From assembly GCA_963705915.1 (NCBI GenBank), contig OY970126.1:751893-815892 (forward strand): a DNA stretch of 64,000 nucleotides, written 5' to 3'. The stretch comes from an uncultured bacterium (GTDB taxonomy: Bacteria; Patescibacteriota; Minisyncoccia; UBA6257; 2-01-FULL-56-20). Below, piece after piece: positions 35,973 through 44,024 of the stretch (positions are counted from its first letter, which is position 1; the number at the start of each line of letters is the position of its first letter). The position numbers were made by a program, and so were the translations under genes. The notes below the pieces were generated by a model. That model ran no database searches, was not told the origin of the DNA, and was given only the letters and a program-made list of their open reading frames with translations.

Positions 35973-37209
35973 GACCCCAAACCAGCGCGGCCACGTTGCG
36001 TGCCGGGCCTTTGAGCGGATAGTGATGGAGATCGATGAAGGGCAGGCTGTTGCATTCGATGACGCCGCAGCGCTGCTCTCGCCACGAGCGGCCCATGTCG
36101 AGAATCATAAAATCAATGCCGACGAGCGGGTCGTCGAGCGTGCGCGCGATTTTCAAAAATAATTCCTGATTATCGGGATGAATATGTTCCATTTCCGTCG
36201 TCGACGCTCCGAATGAGCGGCTTACTTTTGGATGGAGGATAATCATTGTATGTTTCGGAGGGATGGCATTGAGCGTGATGTGCTCAGCGGCAAGCATTGA
36301 TGGATCGACTTCGAGCTTGTGGAAGATCGGCCCTTCGCGCAACGGATTTTTATTTTCTTCATCGATGAGTTCTTGGAGCGTATGTTTGCCGTCGCCTATC
36401 ACATGCGGCGGCTCGCGGCGCATCACGCCTGCGACTTTGCCGCCGACGAGCGTCACGCGGAACACAAACCCCGGCAATTCTTCCTCGACAACGACGCGCG
36501 GCGAAATTTCTTTTGCTTTCAAAAATGCGGCGCGCAGGTCTTCGATCGTCGTGATATGCATATACGTATGGCGACTGCGCGATCCGAGCGCGGGCTTCAC
36601 GATGACGGCGTCCGGTGTGTCGCTCGCCGCAGTCCCTTGGTGAGTACTTCCCTCGCGGCCACGTTGCTCCATTAAAATTTTATGAAATAGCGTTTCAGCC
36701 TGATCGGTCGTTTTTGCTGAACCGCCACGGGGGACCGGGATGCCAGCTCGAGTAAACTTTTCGAGCATAACGCCTTTGTCGTCCATCCAATCTTGCGCCC
36801 GGTCGTTTGCAAGGCGTGGTCGGGGTAAGCCGTCAAACACGCGGGTGTCGCCGTTATAGCTTGCGAAGAATATGTTTCTTGGAAGTCCGAATGGTCGGAA
36901 TTCCCGCATCACTATGCCGCGTCGTTCGGCTTCTTCCCAAAGGACACGCGTGCGGTCGGTGTTCTTTTCATCAGGCTTTTTCATGACCGTGCCCAGCCTG
37001 AGCGCGGCGCAGAGACCGAATATAAAGGGCGCCATTCGTCCCGGTTTTACGAATGCGACGGCCGGGCGCACGCTGTTCCAGGTTATTTCGAGCGGTGCGA
37101 GAAGATAGCCAAAAAATGTATCCATGCGGACATTCCATCGCTCGACGGCGTGCGAAACCGTTGCCGGTCCGCAATCGGGGCAGGTGATGGCTCGCGAGGC
37201 GGCTTCCAT
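35926..37209 (-). CDS. ATP-grasp domain protein with N-terminal zinc-ribbon (CPDC)
   Basis: ATP-grasp core (VIVKPALGSRSRH..., EEELPG.VFRV..VGGKV); 427 aa. Confidence 0.6.
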   Translation of the reverse strand: MEAASRAITCPDCGPATVSHAVERWNVRMDTFFGYLLAPLEITWNSVRPAVAFVKPGRMAPFIFGLCAALRLGTVMKKPDEKNTDRTRVLWEEAERRGIVMREFRPFGLPRNIFFASYNGDTRVFDGLPRPRLANDRAQDWMDDKGVMLEKFTRAGIPVPRGGSAKTTDQAETLFHKILMEQRGREGSTHQGTAASDTPDAVIVKPALGSRSRHTYMHITTIEDLRAAFLKAKEISPRVVVEEELPGFVFRVTLVGGKVAGVMRREPPHVIGDGKHTLQELIDEENKNPLREGPIFHKLEVDPSMLAAEHITLNAIPPKHTMIILHPKVSRSFGASTTEMEHIHPDNQELFLKIARTLDDPLVGIDFMILDMGRSWREQRCGVIECNSLPFIDLHHYPLKGPARNVAALVWGLIFPSNSAQSNHQEG

Positions 37210-37236
37210 AGCCCCATCATACTCGAAGAAAAAACT

Positions 37237-38805
37237 TTATGCGAATCCCGGGAAGAAATCGGTTTTGATTTGCGTGCGAGGGACGCCGAGGCCGCTCAAA
37301 GTTTTTTTGAATTCGCTCACCATGCCGTGCGTGCCGGAAATATAAAATGTCCGCTCGCGAAAATCCGGAACCGTTTTTTCGATAAGCGAAATATCGATAC
37401 GCCCGCGATGTCCGTTGTGCGGCGGGGCGGACTCTCCTGGGTCGGTTACGGCATACATCGTGCGCAGCCCCCATTTCGACTCCGCCTCGTCAAAAATTTC
37501 TTGGTATGCAACTTCGGCGCTGCTGCGATTCGAATAAAAGAGCACTGCGTCGCGATGTTCGCCGCTATCCGAGATATATTTCACCATGCTGCGGATTGGC
37601 GTGATGCCGATACCGCCGGCGATGAGGACAAGTTTTTTATTCGGATCGCGTGGGAGTGTGAAATCTCCGGCGAGTTGTCCTGCAACGATCGATTCGCCCG
37701 GCTTCAAATGCATGAGGCCGAACTTGAAGCTGCTCGATTTTTCATAAAATTTTACACCGAGATGGATATCGGGTTCCGTTGGCGACGAAGCAATCGTAAA
37801 ATATCGCCGGTTGCCGCGGCCGTCGGTTTTGGGATGGTTGAGCGTCCATTCGAGATACTGGCCCGGGCGGAATTGCATCGGCTTGTCGCTTTTGAAAATA
37901 AAATCATCCATATCTTTGCCTACCTCTTGCTTGCTTTGCATGGTGAGGACATATTTTCGTTTGGGGCTCACGAGGTATGAGAAAACATTCCCCGTCACAA
38001 GCGCGAGTTCCGGAATGGAATAAATCGATCCCACGTGGACATAGGGAGAATAGAGCAAGCCGACGAAAGCTCCGTAGAGCATCCGGAGCGTCCGCGTCGG
38101 CGGCGTGGTCACAGGCTCCGTGAGCATTATGAATCCAAAGAAGAACACGGGGGTGTGGAGTGCAAGGCGCGATAGCGTTCCCCAAGGATCGAGTGTCGGT
38201 GCGAGAAAGATGCAGCCGAGTGCTGCGGCACCAAAGAATGCCAGTACAAGATCGAAACGCTGGATTTTGCGCGTGATGAGGAGGCCTCCTATAAGTACGA
38301 AGGCGAGCATCGGTAGATTGCCACCAATCCACCAGCTTGCATAGTGATTGAGTGCAAGGCCGGTTATGACGACGGCAAAGGCCGCAGGATTGAAGATGTG
38401 CTTTTTGCCAATCGCTAAAATATATTTGGACGCCATGGCGATCACGGACGCCCAAACTAAAAGCAAAACTCCGCCAGCCGACGTCGGCATCACGGGGGTT
38501 ATGATGAGCGCGAGGATAAGCGCCGTGATGTAGGCCGACTCGGCATTGGGTTGTGCTTTGAAAGCTTTTGCAAAAATGCCGTTCACCGCCCAGCAGGCGA
38601 CAATCAGGAAAAGCGTCGAGAATGCGATCGAGATCGGATTATAGGGGAGTATACCGAAGAGTCCGAAGACGCCTGCTATGACAAGTAGAATTTCGAGCGT
38701 GTACAAGAGCAGCTTGTACATCGTTATTCTGTTCAGGAGCCGATCAATCCAGGTAATCATATTTCTCGAGGCCGCTCGTTGTGGTTGCGACTCTATTATT
38801 GTCAA
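37237..38805 (-). CDS. membrane oxidoreductase: NqrB/RnfD-like polytopic domain (HIFNPA motif) fused to an FNR-like FAD/NAD(P)-binding reductase
   Basis: 8-10 TM helices then RYFTIASSP (FAD RxYS motif) and LIAGGIGITPIRSM (NAD(P) motif); true start probably the internal Met near 38721. Confidence 0.6.
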   Translation of the reverse strand: MTIIESQPQRAASRNMITWIDRLLNRITMYKLLLYTLEILLVIAGVFGLFGILPYNPISIAFSTLFLIVACWAVNGIFAKAFKAQPNAESAYITALILALIITPVMPTSAGGVLLLVWASVIAMASKYILAIGKKHIFNPAAFAVVITGLALNHYASWWIGGNLPMLAFVLIGGLLITRKIQRFDLVLAFFGAAALGCIFLAPTLDPWGTLSRLALHTPVFFFGFIMLTEPVTTPPTRTLRMLYGAFVGLLYSPYVHVGSIYSIPELALVTGNVFSYLVSPKRKYVLTMQSKQEVGKDMDDFIFKSDKPMQFRPGQYLEWTLNHPKTDGRGNRRYFTIASSPTEPDIHLGVKFYEKSSSFKFGLMHLKPGESIVAGQLAGDFTLPRDPNKKLVLIAGGIGITPIRSMVKYISDSGEHRDAVLFYSNRSSAEVAYQEIFDEAESKWGLRTMYAVTDPGESAPPHNGHRGRIDISLIEKTVPDFRERTFYISGTHGMVSEFKKTLSGLGVPRTQIKTDFFPGFA

Positions 38806-39508
38806 TCATATATCCTTCGAAGCCCGGGAGGGCTTCTATGAATTGTATGGCGTTTTTCCCCATCGCGAATGCCGCCGTTGCAAAACGGTCGGCTTCGTGA
38901 ATGTTGGGGCCGATCACCGTGAGACTCACGATCTCCTCGATCGGTTTTCCGTTCCGCGGATTATAAATATGGAGCCCGCGGATGTAGGTGCCCGACGTTG
39001 CAACGCCCGGCACGGCGCCCGCAGCATTTGGCGTGAGGCTGAGCACTTTTACATTCTCGGCTGCGTTCCATGGATTTTTTATGCCGACGGTCCATGGCTC
39101 GCCTTCATCATTTTTGCCGTGCGGTTGAACATCGCCACCGGCGTCAACATAAAAATTTTTGAAACCGCGTTTCAATATCAGTTGCGCCGCGTTCCAGATT
39201 GCCCAGCCTTTCACGAGGCCCGAAGGATCGTACCCGCCATTCGGCGTTTTGATATCAAAAAAACCGCCCGTCTCACGCCGGGTTTCGTCTGCCATCGTGA
39301 ATATCAACCTCATCTCTTCGCTCCATGCTGATTCTTTGAGGCGCCCCTCATTGATCGCCGTGATCTCACTCGTCTTTTTATACGTGCTAAATTTTTCGTC
39401 GATATGGTTGAAGTAGTCGTATATTTCGTCGAATATCGCATCGTTCGCATTTGAATCGACAACAGCAACCGTTACCGGCATGCCCATGAGGACGCGAGTT
39501 TGTTTCAT
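38744..39508 (-). CDS. apbE: FAD:protein FMN transferase (ApbE family)
   Basis: 254 aa; ApbE motifs (..FDIKTPNGGYDPSGLVKGWA.., YVDAGGD). Confidence 0.8.
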   Translation of the reverse strand: MKQTRVLMGMPVTVAVVDSNANDAIFDEIYDYFNHIDEKFSTYKKTSEITAINEGRLKESAWSEEMRLIFTMADETRRETGGFFDIKTPNGGYDPSGLVKGWAIWNAAQLILKRGFKNFYVDAGGDVQPHGKNDEGEPWTVGIKNPWNAAENVKVLSLTPNAAGAVPGVATSGTYIRGLHIYNPRNGKPIEEIVSLTVIGPNIHEADRFATAAFAMGKNAIQFIEALPGFEGYMIDNNRVATTTSGLEKYDYLD

Positions 39509-39546
39509 GGATGATAATACGCGCAGGCGCGTGCTTCGCCTCGAGG

Positions 39547-40089
39547 CTAGTTTTTTGCCATGGCGAGCGCCGCGGCGAGTGATTGCTGGAAGGCTTGGCT
39601 GTCTTGCGTTGCTCCTGAGACAATATTTACATTCGCGCTTTGCGCGGCGATCGCTTCCTGCTTGAGTTGTGGGAGAGCCATGTTGCTCACATCGGTGGTG
39701 TGTCCTGGCGCGTCGGGGTATTGCAGGAAGGTTACGTCGGTAAGCGCTCCGCCACTCACGACAGCTTCCACTTGGATGGTGCCATAGAACGCGTCTTCTG
39801 CCGGGCCGGTGTAGCTGCCATCCTTATACATGCCAGTCGTGCCGGTGCCAGTACCACTTGTGCCGCTTCCGCTACCAGTGCCGGAGCTACCGGACGATCC
39901 GCCGGTTGAGCTTGAACTTGGCCCTGTGCCTGGAGGAAGGATCGTGGTGTTTGTCGCGTCGTTCGATCCGGTTGATGTTGTGTTCTGATCCGGGGCGGCC
40001 GTTCCGTTGCCATTGCGACTGAAGATGACGTACCCAACAAAAATAGCCACGACGGCTATTGCAAGGAGATATTTCCAGATGGACTTCAT
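39547..40089 (-). CDS. FMN-binding domain protein (flavinylation target), membrane-anchored with Ser/Gly/Thr-rich linker
   Basis: N-terminal TM anchor, low-complexity linker, FMN_bind domain with YKDGSYTG and the SGAT flavinylation motif (NIVSGATQDS). Confidence 0.75.
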   Translation of the reverse strand: MKSIWKYLLAIAVVAIFVGYVIFSRNGNGTAAPDQNTTSTGSNDATNTTILPPGTGPSSSSTGGSSGSSGTGSGSGTSGTGTGTTGMYKDGSYTGPAEDAFYGTIQVEAVVSGGALTDVTFLQYPDAPGHTTDVSNMALPQLKQEAIAAQSANVNIVSGATQDSQAFQQSLAAALAMAKN

Positions 40090-40183
40090 ATATATGGAGA
40101 GATATACGACGAAATGCGCTTATTGGTTGCGTATGAGAAGTATTATACCATGCTTCGCAGAGGAGAGGTATAATGGAACGACT

Positions 40184-42145
40184 ATGCACATTGATCCAAA
40201 AGAACTCGGTGTCTCGGCAGATGCCGCGAATAATTTTTTCCGCTACGTGAACGGATCGTGGATCGAGAAAAATGAGATACCCGCCAACGAATCGCTATGG
40301 GGATCGTTTTCGATATTGCGCGTTCAGGTGGAGGAACAACTCAAAAAAATTTTTGATGACTTTGATAAGCCGGTCGCGGACTCCGTTCCGCTCGATGCGA
40401 ATACTCAAAAAGTGAAAGATTTTTATGCATCAGGGATGGATGTCGAAAAACTGAATGCATTGCGCGACCGTCCGCTCGCTGAACTCTTCGCTGCTGTCGA
40501 GGGCATTACAACACTCGATGATCTTGCGAACGTTGTTGGCAAGCTTCATCGTTGCGGCGTGAATGTTCTCTGGTCTTCGGCCGCGTGGCCAGACGCCAAG
40601 AAAAGCGACGTCATGGCGCTCTATATCGGACAAGGCGGCCTCGGTCTTCCTGATCGCGACTACTACCTGAAGAGCGACGAAGCGAGCCTTGCGATACAGA
40701 AAAAATATGCTGATTATGCAACCGGCATCATTTCGAAGACTTCGCTCGTGGCAGCGCGTGAGCCGGCAACTGTTGTGCATACCATCATCGAGATAGAAAA
40801 GACGCTCGCCGAAGCGTCGATGACGCGGGTTGAATTGCGCGATGTTGAAAGGCAATACAACAAAATGACGCAAGTCGAACTCGCCAAGCTAGCGCCGCAG
40901 GTCAACTGGGATGCTTACTATACAGCGGCCGGCATAGCCACGCCGGAATATGTGATTGTCTGCCAGCCAAAGTTCTTCGAAGCGGTCGGCAAACAGTTTG
41001 AAACGACGCCGCTCGAATCGCTCAAATCATATATGCGCTGGCACATCGTGAACGACCTCGCAAATTTTTTGAGCGAAGACTTCGCAACGATGTCGTTCGA
41101 TTTTTATGGACGGACATTCGGTGGCGCGACAGAGATGAAGCCGCGCTGGCGCCGCGTGCTCAATGTGGTGAACACCATGCTCGACGAAGCTGTCGGACAA
41201 ATCTATGTGAAAAACCACTTTAGCGAGAGCGCCAAAGAGCGTATCAAAAACCTCGTTGAGCATCTCACTACAGCATACAAGACTCGCATTGAACGTCTCG
41301 CGTGGATGAGCGTCGAGACGAAAGAGAAAGCGCTCGCAAAGCTTGCCGCCGTGAAGCGCAAGCTCGGTTATCCTGACCGCTGGAAAGACATCGATGCCCT
41401 GCTTATCACCCGGGATGCCTATGCTGAAAATTATATGCGTGGGCATGCTTTTGAATTTGATCGGCAGATGAAGAAGATTGGCAAGCCCGTCGATCCTTTT
41501 GAGTGGTATATGTCGCCGCAGACGGTGAATGCATGTTATGAGCCGCTTCGCAATGAAATTCTTTTTCCCGCCGCGATTCTCCAGCCGCCATTCTTTTATC
41601 CGGATGGCGATGACGGCGTTAACTTCGGCGGCATTGGCACGGTGATCGGACATGAACTTACCCATGGGTTTGATGATCAGGGCGCGTTATTCGATCCGCA
41701 CGGAAATCTTCTCAATTGGTGGACGAAAGAAGACAAAGAACGATTCGACCGTGAAGCGGAGCGCCTTGCTGGGCAATTCGATCGCTACGAGCCGCTGCCC
41801 GGACTCCATGTGAATGGTAAGCTCACGCTCGGAGAAAATATTGCTGACCTTGGAGGATTGCTCATCGCATACGACGGCCTCACGCTTGCCATGAAAGAGC
41901 GGCAGACGGGCCCTATTGATGGCCTCACGGCGTATGAGCGATTCTTTATTAATTACGCCATCACCGAACGCTCAAAAAGCCGCGAAGAATATCTGCGCCT
42001 ACAAGTGCACGTGGATCCCCATTCGCCATCTGAATATCGAGTGAACGGTCCGCTTTCAAATATGACTGAATTCTATGAGGCGTTCCATGTGAAGGCCCAC
42101 GATGCGTTGTGGCGTGAGCCTGATGATCGCGTGAAGATTTGGTAA
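40184..42145 (+). CDS. M13-family zinc metallopeptidase (PepO/neprilysin-like endopeptidase)
   Basis: HELTHGFDDQG (HExxH), NAYY and GENIAD motifs; start chosen at the Met at 40184 with AGGAGAGG upstream. Confidence 0.85.
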   Translation: MHIDPKELGVSADAANNFFRYVNGSWIEKNEIPANESLWGSFSILRVQVEEQLKKIFDDFDKPVADSVPLDANTQKVKDFYASGMDVEKLNALRDRPLAELFAAVEGITTLDDLANVVGKLHRCGVNVLWSSAAWPDAKKSDVMALYIGQGGLGLPDRDYYLKSDEASLAIQKKYADYATGIISKTSLVAAREPATVVHTIIEIEKTLAEASMTRVELRDVERQYNKMTQVELAKLAPQVNWDAYYTAAGIATPEYVIVCQPKFFEAVGKQFETTPLESLKSYMRWHIVNDLANFLSEDFATMSFDFYGRTFGGATEMKPRWRRVLNVVNTMLDEAVGQIYVKNHFSESAKERIKNLVEHLTTAYKTRIERLAWMSVETKEKALAKLAAVKRKLGYPDRWKDIDALLITRDAYAENYMRGHAFEFDRQMKKIGKPVDPFEWYMSPQTVNACYEPLRNEILFPAAILQPPFFYPDGDDGVNFGGIGTVIGHELTHGFDDQGALFDPHGNLLNWWTKEDKERFDREAERLAGQFDRYEPLPGLHVNGKLTLGENIADLGGLLIAYDGLTLAMKERQTGPIDGLTAYERFFINYAITERSKSREEYLRLQVHVDPHSPSEYRVNGPLSNMTEFYEAFHVKAHDALWREPDDRVKIW

Positions 42146-42241
42146 GCGCCATCGCTGCGGCAGAATTTTAGATAGTTTTAATGTGCCGTATGGATAATGG
42201 TTAGTGTCGAAATAAAAAATAATCATTAACCATAATTTCAT

Positions 42242-43372
42242 ATGCAAAAGTTTTTGACTGCCGTGGCGGCAGGGGTAGTTTTGGTCGGTTCGGTTTTCGG
42301 AGCTTTCGGGGTTTTGCAAGCGCAGGCGGCGTATCATTTTGCGAGCTATCTCGGCACGCCGCCGATTCACATTTTCCGATCAGCCCAAAAGGCGCCTGCA
42401 GGCGTGACGCCGCTTGAGATCAAGCACATCTACGATCTGCCGCTCACAGGCGGCGCGAGTACCACGATCGCCCTCATCGAAGCCTATGATTCGCCGACCC
42501 TCGAAAGCGACCTTGCTGTTTTTAATGACATGTATGGATTGGCCGCCTGCACCACAAAAAACGGATGTTTTGAAAAACATCCGATGGCCTCAGGTGTGAA
42601 AACAAATAGTGGTTGGGCGCTTGAGACGGCACTCGACGTTGAATGGGCGCACGCGATAGCGCCGCAGGCAAAAATTTTGGTTGTCGAAGCAAAAACACAG
42701 AGCGGCGCGAATCTCTTGAGCGCCGTCGATTACGCCGCCTCACGGAGCGATGTCGTTGCGATTTCGATGAGTTGGGGCGGCCCGGAATTTCCTGAAGAGA
42801 CTTCGCTCGACAGCCATTTCACGAGTTCTCATGGCGCTGCGTTCTTTGCATCGTCCGGAGACCAAGGCACCGGCGCCAATTGGCCGGCGGCATCGCCGAA
42901 CGTGATCGGCGTCGGCGGAACGTCACTCGAATTATTCAAGAACGGTTCGCTCATTTCCGAATCGGCATGGTCGGGGAGCGGCGGCGGGGTGAGTGCCTAT
43001 GAGCCGGAGCCGTCGTATCAGCACGCCTATAGCATTCCAAAAGCCGGCGGCCATCGTGCAATTCCGGATGTCGCGTATAATGCCGATCCGCAATCGGGCT
43101 ACTCGGTATACAAATCGAGCGGTTCGTCGAAGAACGGTTGGTACGTGGTTGGCGGCACGTCTGCCGGTGCGCCACAATGGGCTGCGATCTATGCGCTCGG
43201 GCGCTCGGCCACACTCACCAACATCTACAACGACAAGGCGTCGACAAGCACCCTGCACTATTTCCGCGACATCATGAGCGGCACAAACGGTTCCTGCATC
43301 TATTATTGCGATGCGCGAAAACATTATGACTATGTGACCGGCCTCGGCGCGCCGCTCACGGTGCACTTCTAG
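42242..43372 (+). CDS. secreted S53-family (sedolisin/kumamolisin-like) serine-carboxyl peptidase
   Basis: Signal peptide; pro-domain; catalytic Ser motif VGGTSAGAP; SGDQGT region; 376 aa. Confidence 0.65.
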   Translation: MQKFLTAVAAGVVLVGSVFGAFGVLQAQAAYHFASYLGTPPIHIFRSAQKAPAGVTPLEIKHIYDLPLTGGASTTIALIEAYDSPTLESDLAVFNDMYGLAACTTKNGCFEKHPMASGVKTNSGWALETALDVEWAHAIAPQAKILVVEAKTQSGANLLSAVDYAASRSDVVAISMSWGGPEFPEETSLDSHFTSSHGAAFFASSGDQGTGANWPAASPNVIGVGGTSLELFKNGSLISESAWSGSGGGVSAYEPEPSYQHAYSIPKAGGHRAIPDVAYNADPQSGYSVYKSSGSSKNGWYVVGGTSAGAPQWAAIYALGRSATLTNIYNDKASTSTLHYFRDIMSGTNGSCIYYCDARKHYDYVTGLGAPLTVHF

Positions 43373-43443
43373 GTGCACCGCGCAGCCTCAGCGGCGCTCA
43401 AAAAATTATTAAATTTTCATTAAAAAATATTTGACGTACGATT

Positions 43444-43962
43444 ATGGATGACTACGATGAAATTATGCGGAACGAAATGCTGGATGCCATCGAAAATTTG
43501 GCGCTCATGGTGAATCGCGAATTTATAGCGATCCGCGAAGATATCCATGCTCAAGCGCAGCAATTTAGGGATGATATGCGTGCCCAGGGGGAACAGCTCA
43601 GGTTCGAAATGAAGGAACAGGGCGAGCAATTGAGGCTCGAGATGAAGGAGCAGAGCGAGCAATCGAGGCTGGAAATGAAAGAGCAGGGCGAGCAAATTCG
43701 TATTGAGATGAGAGAAGGCAACGAGCAGCTTAGACTAGAAATGAAAGGGCAATTAGAAAACGTGCAAAACGGAATCCATGCCGAGATACGTGGAATGCGG
43801 GGCGAGCTTCGCGATGAAATCCAGCAAACCCGTGAAGATTTGCACGATGAAGTTGAAGATTTGCGGCAAGAAACGCGCGCCGGTTTCGCCGCGATAACAG
43901 GTATTATTACGAACCACGAATACCGACTCGAGCGAGTCGAGAAAAAGACAGGTATTTCATAG
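43444..43962 (+). CDS. coiled-coil protein with tandem 11-aa repeats (EMKEQGEQLRL)
   Basis: About 6 in-frame 33-bp tandem repeats (43573-43770) encoding E/Q/R-rich heptad-like units. Confidence 0.5.
   Translation: MDDYDEIMRNEMLDAIENLALMVNREFIAIREDIHAQAQQFRDDMRAQGEQLRFEMKEQGEQLRLEMKEQSEQSRLEMKEQGEQIRIEMREGNEQLRLEMKGQLENVQNGIHAEIRGMRGELRDEIQQTREDLHDEVEDLRQETRAGFAAITGIITNHEYRLERVEKKTGIS
43573..43770 (+). repeat. 33-bp tandem repeat, about 6 copies (GAAATGAAGGAACAGGGCGAGCAATTGAGGCTC-like)
   Basis: Direct tandem copies with 70-90% identity inside the coiled-coil protein gene. Confidence 0.7.
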
Positions 43963-44024
43963 CATATAGGGGATGTGGAGGGCTCGCGGTGCGGCAAAAA
44001 ATTTGCTACAATAAGAGGTATCCA

